Shown here: positions 1 through 9,070 of the stretch, piece after piece
How positions within the stretch are numbered: position 1 is the first letter of the stretch
Layout of the letters: each line of letters opens with the position of its first letter
Assembly (NCBI GenBank): GCA_030141605.1
Contig: JAQGDQ010001850.1
Span: 1-23,388 of the forward strand
Reading direction: 5' to 3'
Source of the DNA: Tubiluchus corallicola
Lineage: Eukaryota > Animalia > Priapulida
DNA: 23,388 nt
Notes under the pieces: model-generated
Databases searched by the model: none
Told to the model about the DNA's origin: nothing
Seen by the model: the letters and a program-made list of their open reading frames with translations, nothing else
Program-made: the position numbers and the translations under genes

Positions 1-22
1 ATGATCATGATCATCATCGTCA

Positions 23-77
<55 letters not shown>

Positions 78-84
78 GTCATCG

Positions 85-121
<37 letters not shown>

Positions 122-740
122 TGCTATTATCATCATCATCATCTTCATCATCGTCGTCGTGATCAACACGCTAAGCAAATGCTTTTATGGTTTACCATCA
201 CCAACATGATCATCGTCATCACCATCATCATCACCATCGTCGTCATCATCATCATCATCGCCGCCGTCGTCATCGCCATTGTCATCGTCATCTGCATCGT
301 CATCATCATTATCATCATCAACGTCATTATCATCATCATCAACATCACCATCATCATCATCATCATCATTGTCGTCGTCGTCTTCAACAATCTAAGCAAA
401 TGATTTTAAGGTTTACCATCGCCAACATGATCATCATCATCATCATCGTCATCGTCATCATCATCATCGTCGTCGTCATCATAATCGTCGTCATCATCAT
501 CATCATCGTCATCACCATCATCATCAACATCAAGATCATCATCATCATCATTGTTATCATTATCATCATCATAGTCATCATCATCGTCGTCGTTGTCGTC
601 GTCTTCAACACTCTAAGCAAATGCTTTTATAGTTTCTGAAAACAATCATTTTAATTCAGGAATGGATCGACACAAATTTGCAATGGAATCCATCAGATTA
701 CGGTGGACTGATGACCTTCGGATTGCGCCAGTCAGATTGT
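1..740 (+). repeat. Left arm of a long inverted duplication (partner 1411-~2155); runs off the window edge
   Basis: 601-740 is the reverse complement of ~1411-1550, unique sequence included. The CAT/CGT blocks and their spacers in 1-600 mirror 1550-2155, with a few substitutions and triplet-count differences. Confidence 0.95.
660..740 (+). pseudogene. Inverted, 3'-truncated copy of nAChR exon 4 with its splice acceptor
   Basis: ttaattcag|gaatggatcgac...cagattgt reads EWIDTNLQWNPSDYGGLMT. It then has a 1-nt deletion (gactcttc to gaccttc) and an A>T change (gccagac to gccagtc), and stops before WKPD. No donor site. Confidence 0.92.
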
Positions 741-1382
741 TCGAAAAGAAGAGCTTATAATAAAACTACAATTAACACAATGCCATGTTCTTTAATTATT
801 TCTACGGACAAAGACTTTTTTAAACCTTTCTCATTATAAATGCCCGTAAGAAATAATTTTCTTAACAAAATGAGAACCCATTACGCGTGTAATAATGTAA
901 GTTTTGTATTGATTAATGCACTGCTCTTGATATTTCATTATGAGATGAGAGGTACAGACAAATAGTAACAGTGTATGTTTAGCAGACAAAGTTAAGCAAC
1001 ATAAAAGCTGGCCAGCAAGAGCATGGATAAACGAAGGGATCTGCAGTTCTTTTACGTGCTTGCAAAAACATTGCAGGAAATTCATTAGCAATACTTTACC
1101 ACATACAAATACTTACAGTGTAGTCTGATTTAACATTACACTACAATGACTGAGCATGCGCACAAAAGACCATAAAATCGTACGAATAGATCGTAAGAAG
1201 TGAAACAGCTTTTAAATATTTTCTACTTCGATTTTGTTAAAAGAGTAGCAAAAGTCATTGTGGCAGCAATAGAAAATAATGTATAAAGAAAAGAGTAAAA
1301 ATTTGATATCACGATTTAAATTCTTTATTGTGTATTCTTCTTTTACTACACGCATGCGCAGATTTGTCAACTCTTGTCATAC

Positions 1383-1492
1383 CTATTGTACAGCAAAACA
1401 TCCGGCTTCCACAATCTGTCTGGCGCAATCCGAAGAGTCATCAGTCCACCGTAATCTGATGGATTCCATTGCAAATTTGTGTCGATCCATTC
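1383..1492 (-). CDS. CHRNA7-like: nAChR subunit (alpha7 group), internal exon equivalent to CHRNA7 exon 4
   Basis: 110 nt, ttcag|...aatag|gtatga. Translates EWIDTNLQWNPSDYGGLMTLRIAPDRLWKPDVLLYN(S), with the WxD, LxW and WxPD (loop A) Cys-loop motifs. The phase 0 start fits the preceding exon. Confidence 0.96.
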
Positions 1493-1552
1493 CTGAATTA
1501 AAATGATTGTTTTCAGAAACTATAAAAGCATTTGCTTAGAGTGTTGAAGACG

Positions 1553-1583
<31 letters not shown>

Positions 1584-2033
1584 TGATGATGATAACGATA
1601 GCAATGATGATGATGATGATGTTGATGATGATGATGATGATGATGACGATGATGATGATGATGACGACGATTATGATGACGACGACGATGATGATGATGA
1701 CGATGACGATGATGATGATGATGATCATGTTGGCGATGGTAAACCTTAAAATCATTTGCTTAGATTGTTGAAGACGACGACGACAATGATGATGATGATG
1801 ATGATGGTGATGTTGATGATGATGATAATGACGTTGATGATGATAATGATGATGACTATGCAGATGACGATGACAATGGCGATGACGACGGCGGCGATGA
1901 TGATGATGATGACGACGATGGTGATGATGATGGTGATGACGATGATCATGTTGGTGATGGTAAACCATAAAAGCATTTGCTTAGCGTGTTGATCACGACG
2001 ACGATGATGAAGATGATGATGATGATAATAGCA

Positions 2034-2070
<37 letters not shown>

Positions 2071-2077
2071 CGATGAC

Positions 2078-2130
<53 letters not shown>

Positions 2131-2147
2131 CGATGACGATGATGATC

Positions 2148-2155
<8 letters not shown>
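1411..2155 (-). repeat. Right (parental) arm of the inverted duplication; outer end approximate
   Basis: Reverse complement of 1-740. Covers the 3' part of nAChR intron 3, the acceptor and the first 82 nt of exon 4. Confidence 0.93.
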
Positions 2156-2217
<62 letters not shown>

Positions 2218-2270
2218 CGATGACGATGTTGATGATGATAAACCATATAGGCTATTTGCTTAGCAGTGTT
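1520..2270. repeat. Compound tandem array: ~35-nt conserved spacer plus (GAT/GAC)n blocks, 4 spacers
   Basis: The motif aaaccataaaagcaTTTGCTTAGxgtgtt recurs with TTTGCTTAG at 1531, 1755, 1976 and 2255, separated by imperfect GAT microsatellite. Confidence 0.9.
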
Positions 2271-2332
2271 TTTCGAATGTAACATTGAAACTGACTGCAT
2301 ATTTGCTAATGGTAGATCTGAGGTTTATTTCT

Positions 2333-2390
2333 ATTGGATGGTCACGTGAATTAATGAACTGACCGACATTTTGGCGAGAAGATGGCTGAC
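2333..2390 (+). promoter_or_regulatory. Promoter-like motif cluster (reverse CCAAT, E-box, YY1-like)
   Basis: ATTGG at 2333, GGTCACGTGA at 2340, AAGATGGC at 2379. Could equally be internal to a transposon remnant. Confidence 0.3.
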
Positions 2391-2779
2391 CCTGAAGAGG
2401 TTTCGTTGTCAAAGCATTCTGGGACAAAAGTTTTCCTGGATCATGGAAGGATTATTTTGTTATGTCGTAATGGAAGGCTGGTTGGAAATGAATTGGATCA
2501 CCGGTTTAATAACAACGCTTTCTGCAGTCTAGACTTCTAGACTAACCTAGTTCAGGCACAGAGCTAAGAGTACCCATTACCAAGCAAGTACAATGTAAGT
2601 AAACGATGAATGTTCCTTTGAAACAGACAGTTGATTCTAGGCAGAAAAACTGGGACTTTTCCTGTAATTTTAATCGTCTTTAACACTTTCACAAATAGGA
2701 ACGTGATCTTAGATTCTCTCAATATTCGTCAGCCCGTATTTATTTGCACAGAAAGCCGGGTCAAAGTACACACAATCAC

Positions 2780-3020
2780 ATTATCATATCATCGTCGTCG
2801 TCGTCATAACCGTCATTATCACTATCATCGCCATCATCATCATCTTCACCCCCACCAGCGCTATGATCATCATCATCATCATCATTATCATCATCATCAT
2901 CAATCACCACCACCATCATCATCATCATCATCAATCATCATCGTCGTCATAGTCGTCATCATCGTCATCATCATCATCGTCGTCATCGTGACCGTCATCA
3001 TCATCATCATCATCGTCATT
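2780..3020. repeat. Imperfect (CAT/CGT)n microsatellite
   Basis: Directly visible triplet repeat. Confidence 0.95.
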
Positions 3021-3156
3021 AACACACGGATCAGCCTAGATGCCACTATTTAGTTTAAATTAGTACTCAAGTTCTAGGTCAGTAAAAGGGAGGCGCAATC
3101 ATCAGATGTGCAATAATAAAAAAAACAGTTATTTTTTGTCTGCTCTGCATTATTAC

Positions 3157-3201
3157 CAAATGAAGCCAAACGTTTGATGTTAAAAGCTGATTCTTCTCAT
3201 C
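3157..3201 (-). CDS. CHRNA7-like: nAChR subunit (alpha7 group), internal exon equivalent to CHRNA7 exon 3
   Basis: 45 nt, ctgtttcag|gatgagaagaatcag...cttcatttg|gtaata. Translates DEKNQLLTSNVWLHL (DEKNQ motif and loop D Trp). Phase 0-0. Confidence 0.96.
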
Positions 3202-3399
3202 CTGAAACAGAAAAGATTACTAAAATAACTTTATCCTGTAGTTTAGTTTGGAACTTGTACATCTTTGACATGCTAATATTAAAGTCACAATGGAAATCTT
3301 GGTGAAAAAAATCTATAGGAAGGAAAATGCATTTTTTGCAAACATAGATTTTTGAAAGTTTTTATTCCTATTATTGTAAAGTAAAAGCTTCCAGATATA

Positions 3400-3530
3400 C
3401 GTCATCATCATCGTCATCATCATCGTCATCATCATCATCATCGTCGTCGTCGTCATCATCATCATCATCATCATCGTCGTCGTCGTCGTCGTCGTCATCA
3501 TCGTCATCATCATCATCATCATCATCATCT
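3400..3530. repeat. Imperfect (CAT/CGT)n microsatellite
   Basis: Directly visible triplet repeat. Confidence 0.95.
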
Positions 3531-3674
3531 ACATCTCATCTTATCTAGAAAAGGTTACACATATACATATACATATATAATATAAATATATATATATTTA
3601 ATAATAAGAAATTTATTCAACTCAAAATAGAAAGTATTAAACAATTATACTCAAGGAGTACGAAACTAGGTGTG

Positions 3675-3699
3675 TCAGTCAGTCAGTCAGTCAGTCAGT
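3675..3699. repeat. Short (CAGT)n microsatellite
   Basis: About 6 tandem CAGT units. Confidence 0.9.
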
Positions 3700-4789
3700 A
3701 CGGTATAGCAGAGAAATAAATTGGCACTCTATTTCATTTTGGTCCCAAATTGGTCCCTAGTGGTGTTCAAAGATAAGCTGATAGCCGTTTTATTCTACCT
3801 AGTTGTCTGATTGATTGGTTGCCATGCTAGAGCGATTGGTTATGTCTGGACACTCGATTTGTGAATGAAATTTTAGCAACGAATACAGAGCTGCTTTTGA
3901 TTCGAACTCTTAATAAATAAAAAGTTTCAACAAGCGGTTCGGAATACCAGCTTTGTTCATTATTTTATCCTAGTCAGTTATCAAAGATATATCCTATCCT
4001 AGATATGTGTTTGCATGTCTTTTTCCCTCGGGCGTCTTATCTGTGAAATTGTTTATCACACAAATACTTTTTGCATGTTACAACACAACCTCGCTTCAAG
4101 AAAAACATGCATGAAATTCTATCACTGTTGCCATACTTTTACTATTACATATTCTTATTACTATTACATATACTATTACTATTACATATTACATGTCACT
4201 TTTACATATTCTTACTTACTGACTGTAACACCTCTCATACAATGTGACAACAATTGTTAAAAAGAAAAAATAGAATAAAAAAGAATACGCTGCACTTACA
4301 CAAAGCTTAAAAAATCGTCTTGAAATTTTATACCAATTACATGCTGTCTCATTGCATACAGGACTTACGATAGCAGTAACGCGTGTATAACATTCGTAGC
4401 ACACATGTTGCTAATTAAGTAAAATTTTAAATTACTGTCTCTTGTCTGTAAGGCTAAAAATACGTTTTTGGCTAGTGAGTGGCGCACCCTGGAGGGTGAG
4501 TCAGCGACATTTTACCAATTGGCACAAATATTTTCAATTATTAGTCTAAAACATATGTCTTTCCAGCAGGTAAGTGAAGTGCTAAGTAATATAGATTTGC
4601 ACGGTAAGTTTTCTGGGTCACACTTTAGCATGGCGCGGTCAGAACAGTATTGCGGGAGATTTAAAATGCAAACAAATGAAAATTCCTTTCAACACGAATA
4701 CGATATGTGCATAACATTTTCGATATTTCTGAAACCTATTTCAAGTACCCCTTTTCTTGTCCTTTAATTAAGTGAGTTTGACATTATAG

Positions 4790-4975
4790 ACACCAGTAAA
4801 AATTGCCTTAAAGGAAGCCTTACAAGCTTGCAAAAAACCAGCTGGAAAATCAAAAAACAACTTGGATAGCTAAGATAAATAAAGATGTTCAACAACTTCA
4901 AGCAAGTCTATCTTTAGGAGTTGAAGAACTTATGCTGTTAGCTGCAGATAGGAGTGGGTGGAATAATCTAAAAAA
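4790..4975 (+). mobile_element. 3' fragment of an RTE-clade LINE ORF (degraded)
   Basis: With one frameshift it reads TPVKIALKEALQACKKPAGK/KTTWIAKINKDVQQL...LAADRSGWNNL, resembling the RxxGRPKxTW...KDL...A.DR..W C-terminus of RTE-type proteins. Confidence 0.6.
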
Positions 4976-5087
4976 TGTTAATGCCTCAATGTCTACAATA
5001 GATGTAATGGGATCTTTAAAATAGGTTGTAGTTCATCATTTTTGAATGTTATTGTATCATTTAAAGAACACTTTCTGTTGGTGCAAG

Positions 5088-5232
5088 TGTTTGTGGTGTG
5101 TTACTTAACAGTTGACATTCACTGTAACTGTTTGTGGTGCATTACACAGCAGTTGACATTCACCATAACTGTTTGTGGCGTGTTACATAGGAACTGACAT
5201 TCACCGTAATGTATTTATGGTGTACTAACAGC
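5088..5232. repeat. 41-bp minisatellite, about 3.5 diverged copies
   Basis: tgtttgtgg...gttgacattcac recurs at 5088, 5129 and 5170, and is degenerate near 5211. Confidence 0.85.
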
Positions 5233-5413
5233 AATTCTTCAGCTATTAGTCCATGTAAGTCATTTGATAAAGGAAAACAGGACCCACTCGTAAACTGTAG
5301 TTGAAAACAATCAACCCTAAAAAATATTGAAAATTTTCAAGAATGACTTACTTGAAAGAATTATTACCACCAAAACCTAATTTCATAATTTTGCCTTCAA
5401 GCGGCTATTTCAC

Positions 5414-5498
5414 CATTCGCTAGTTAGATGGGCACTGCGCCCACATCAGAGAAATGCATTGAACAAAAAACAGGTGCTGTACCTGTCAGTTCAAATGT
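5414..5498 (+). repeat. Dispersed repeat A, copy 1 (inverted copy at 14997-15071)
   Basis: Both copies share cattcgctag...gggcact and aaaaxcaggtgctgtacctxtcagttcaxatgt. Confidence 0.7.
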
Positions 5499-7210
5499 TG
5501 TATATCACACTTAATATCTTACAGTAGCTCTGTACTTCAATTTTCGCTTTTGCAAACACGTTCATGGAATGTTTATGCTGAAAATAATGTTCATTTGTGC
5601 CATCATTAGCGGGGCTCACCGCCCAGTTTTGTTATAGGATGTTATAGGTCTTAAAATGTTTAGTTTTTACTGTACTTCAAAATGGGGTAAGATATGAAAA
5701 ATCTTGCAGTTTTCCTTTAAAAAACAAATGGATGCCCATTTCTGACATGATTCGATTCGTGATTATGTTTCCAACACCCTTTTTTATACAGACATACAAG
5801 ATGGTACTGTATTGGCTACTTAAATTTTTCTTTTTTGATTGTGGTGTGACGGGAATGTAGTTAGCTCTTTAGCAGGAATAATGCTCTAGGATGAGATACA
5901 AAACTAGTTGAAATGCTTTAGCTTTGGTCAGACATGAGATGTATGTCTGTCTTTAACTTACCTAAGAGAGGTGATTCGTGCCAGGCAGAATTGAGTTTTC
6001 TTACCAGGTTCACTGTTGCTTAACTGTGGAACTATGACCGCTATATGCTATGTTGTTTGCTATGGAATGTACAAGAACGCTATATCCCACACCTTGAAGT
6101 ACTTGTGCCTAGGAAGTGTGGTATTATTATTTTCCGTTTCTCTTATCTGCACGTCTCGTTTTTATTATTTTATTACATCCCATTTATTACGTTTTGTTTT
6201 ATTATTAGGGTAGCTACAGTTTACGATTGGGTCCAGTTTTCCTTTAACAAACACATCCGCAGCAGTGCCGGTTGATTACTTTAATTTTTATTACTGTACA
6301 TTTTTAATTAGGCGTAATTGCGCTAATTAATATTCCGATTTTTCACTAGTTGTTTTCCGCATTCTATATGTAAGCTTGTTTACACTTTATACATGACCTG
6401 ATACTATACTATACAATATTTTGTACTTTATACAGGTTGTTACAGAAAAAATGGTGCAGTGGGAATATGCTGATAGAATAAGCATTTCGTCATATATCAA
6501 TTGCAACGTTTCTCTCGAACCATCAATTCAATTCAAGTTATTTTATTTGTTTCTTTCTTGTTAGTAATATTAGTATTTTTATTTTTAACATTTTATTAGT
6601 ATTTTCAATTTTTCTATTTGTTAGTATTTGTATTTGTAGTTAGTATTTTTATTTTTTCATTTTTGATATTTTTTTATTTTTGTAGCGCTGTATATGTGTG
6701 TAATTGTATCTTTATAATTGGCGTGTGTATTGTTGTGATTACCCAGTAAATATATAAAAAATATTAATATGTACACTAGCAAAAGCCCCGCAAAAAATTT
6801 TGCGTATAAATCCACTTATAATCAATAGTGCGCGAACATCCCACATAGTCCTCATTTACAACGCGAAGCCATTAGCAGCTTTTACTGAATTAAAGTTATA
6901 AGCAGCGTATAATGGATGACGTCAGAACAATGGCTTTGCGTCAGCAGGTTTCCAAACGAAAATTGCCAAAAATGGAACATCTGATTAACTCGTCGGCACT
7001 CCTCTTAGTGGACATGTACTACAATACAGCCCACATCATCATGTAGCCCTGTTCTTGCTCTTTCTAAAGAGCCATATATCTCCTTTCAAGGGTCCCACCA
7101 GGCGCCGCTAGTACGTTTTTTCTGCACGAGGCCACACTAGATCGAGACCTTTCGTTCGATACATAGATCGCCGCAAAAGGTGCCATCGTTGGAGCTGTAG
7201 CCTCGAATCT

Positions 7211-7217
7211 TATATAT

Positions 7218-7252
<35 letters not shown>

Positions 7253-7264
7253 ATACATATATGT

Positions 7265-7298
<34 letters not shown>

Positions 7299-7303
7299 AC
7301 ATA
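7211..7303. repeat. (TA)n tracts including a perfect palindrome tatgttac(at)n...gtaacata
   Basis: 7260-7303 is self-complementary around a TA core. Confidence 0.85.
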
Positions 7304-7497
7304 CCACCGAAATTAATATATACTATATGTACAGTAGCTTAGTAAAGAGTTATAAAGGCGGAGTGATATCCTGTACATATTGCAACCTTTCTACTGTACT
7401 AACGTAGGCGTTACTTCCTGTTCGATATTGATGTTGAACTTAATGATTCGTATATATTGTGCTAATAAATACCTGGGCTTCTGGTAATTTCATCACA
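7295..7497 (+). mobile_element. Possible solo LTR
   Basis: Starts TGTAAC, ends ATCACA, and contains TATAAA then AATAAA. No matching target-site duplication. Confidence 0.25.
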
Positions 7498-7667
7498 TGT
7501 TAATAACTGTATCTAATAGGAACTAAAACGCTCAGAAATTGTTTTAGTTAGTTTTTATTGTGATGATAAAATGATTTGTAATGGTTTTCTGTTTGAAATA
7601 ATCGATTCAGGGTCAATTACTTTAGGACTGTATACTGTATACTGTATTAGTATAGCATTTTGATGTG

Positions 7668-8293
7668 GTGAAATAAACGTTAAGTGAATAAAATTCAAAG
7701 AGTCGCAACGTCATTTATTTGCTGCGTAGGTTAATATTGTCATTCATACTGCAATCTAGTGTAGTGAAATAAACTTTATATGAATAAAATTCAAATCTTG
7801 ACCACGTCAATTATTTGCTGGGTAGGTTAATATTGTCATTCATACTGCATTCTAGTGTAGTGAAATAAACTTTATGTGAATAAAATTCAAATCTTGACCA
7901 CGTCAATTATTTGCTGGGTAGGTTAATATTGTCATTCATACTGCATTCTAGTGTAGTGAAATAAACTTTATATGAATAAAATTCAAATCTTGACCACGTC
8001 AATTATTTGCTGCGTAGGTTAATATTGTCATTCATACTGCATTCTAGTGTAGTGAAATAAACTTTATGTGAATAAAATTCACAAAGACTTAGCACATTAA
8101 TTATTTGCCGCGTAGGTTAAACTCATCATTGTTGCTGTATTTTAATTTTGTGAAATAAAACTTAAGTGAAAAAAATTCAAAGGGTGACCACGTCATTTAT
8201 TTGCTACGCAGTTTACAATCATCATTTTAACATGCTCAAATAAACTTTAAGTGAATAAAATTCACAAAGACTTACCACGTCAATTATTTGCTG
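7668..8293. repeat. 96-bp minisatellite (about 6.5 copies) whose terminal unit overlaps the 3' end and donor of nAChR exon 2
   Basis: gtgaaataaa at 7668, 7764, 7860, 7956, 8052 and 8150, partial near 8238. Units carry ccacgtcaattatttgctg or a variant, matching the exon end at 8275-8293. Confidence 0.93.
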
Positions 8294-8415
8294 TAGAGTT
8301 ATTCCAAACTTTACTAATAAAATGTCTCCATCATGAATGACAGGTTTCTCAAGCTTTTCGTAATTGGACAACAATCGACGTATCAAAAGCCTCTCGTTAG
8401 GACCTTGGTTCGACT
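8276..8415 (-). CDS. CHRNA7-like: nAChR subunit (alpha7 group), internal exon equivalent to CHRNA7 exon 2
   Basis: 140 nt, ttttcag|ag tcg aac...gac gtg|gtaagt. Translates xSNQGPNERLLIRRLLSNYEKLEKPVIHDGDILLVKFGITLQQIIDV, close to the invertebrate alpha7-group QGPHEKRLL...FGLTLQQIIDV. The 140/45/110 exon sizes match CHRNA7 exons 2-4 as I recall them. The vicinal cysteines lie outside the window, so alpha status is inferred. Confidence 0.96.
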
Positions 8416-8523
8416 CTGAAAAGTTGAAATATTCGTGTACACAAACCATTTTCTCCTCTTTATTACGACAGAATATAACACTATTAATGGAAGGAGTTTA
8501 AAGTACCCCACACGATTTAAATA

Positions 8524-8671
8524 CCTAACTCTAACTCTAGCTGTATCCCTGAATATAGCTTTAACCCAACCCAATCCAACCCTAACCCTAACCCCAACCC
8601 CAATCTAACTCTAACTCTAACCACGACCACCCTAACCTTGACCTTAATCCTAATCCCAACTCTAATCCTAA
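8524..8671. repeat. Degenerate (CCCTAA/CTCTAA)n telomere-like interstitial repeat
   Basis: cctaactctaactctag...ccctaaccctaacc...cctaatc hexamer periodicity. Confidence 0.75.
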
Positions 8672-8695
8672 TGCACTTCACGACGGACTAATTTC

Positions 8696-8697
<2 letters not shown>

Positions 8698-8774
<77 letters not shown>

Positions 8775-8789
8775 CGTGTGCGCGTGTGT
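8698..8789. repeat. (GT)n microsatellite
   Basis: Directly visible. Confidence 0.97.
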
Positions 8790-8937
8790 CTTTAATTAGT
8801 CTTTAATCATTAATTAGTCTTTGAACAGCCGCTTAAAAAATTTACTCTTCGGACTTCTTGTCTATGGAATTGTCTGCAAGAAAGTTGTTTCAACCTCACC
8901 GATTAAAGAAGAACTGATACCTTCTAGCAATACGGAC

Positions 8938-9070
8938 CTTCCAAAATAAAGATAATCCAGATTACTAGAAAATTGCTTTGAGTATCGATTGACGTTGTTT
9001 CCCGCGACTTGTACGAAAACGCATTCAGAATGCAAATTGAAAATGGCGTAGCAGTCGTAGTGGTTGGTAA
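8938..9070 (-). CDS. Candidate signal-peptide exon of the nAChR gene (start unresolved)
   Basis: Open frame from ttttag| at 9070, ending ...NFLVIWIIFILE g|gtccgt. Phase 1 as exon 2 requires, with a hydrophobic stretch where a signal h-region is expected. No in-frame ATG and a weak donor. Confidence 0.35.

Noticed and set aside
163-2300. Poly-His, poly-Met and poly-Ile ORFs (also 2631-3053, 13836-14406, 18669-19172)
   Set aside because: CAT/GAT triplets lack stops in most frames, so these ORFs are microsatellite artefacts lying in intronic sequence.
3370-3398. Minus-strand IWKLLLYNN resembling the nAChR WKPD.LLYN motif
   Set aside because: Lacks PD, has no splice signals and lies upstream of exon 3. 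The real exon 4 is at 1383-1492.
6430-6460. TA-CAGGTTGTTACAGAAAAAA, Tc1/mariner-like terminal repeat
   Set aside because: No convincing partner terminus found.
1493-8275. Duplicated mutually exclusive exon 3 as in insect alpha6
   Set aside because: No second DEKNQ-type exon found by eye in either flanking intron.
8524-8671. True telomere
   Set aside because: Short, highly degenerate and inside an intron.
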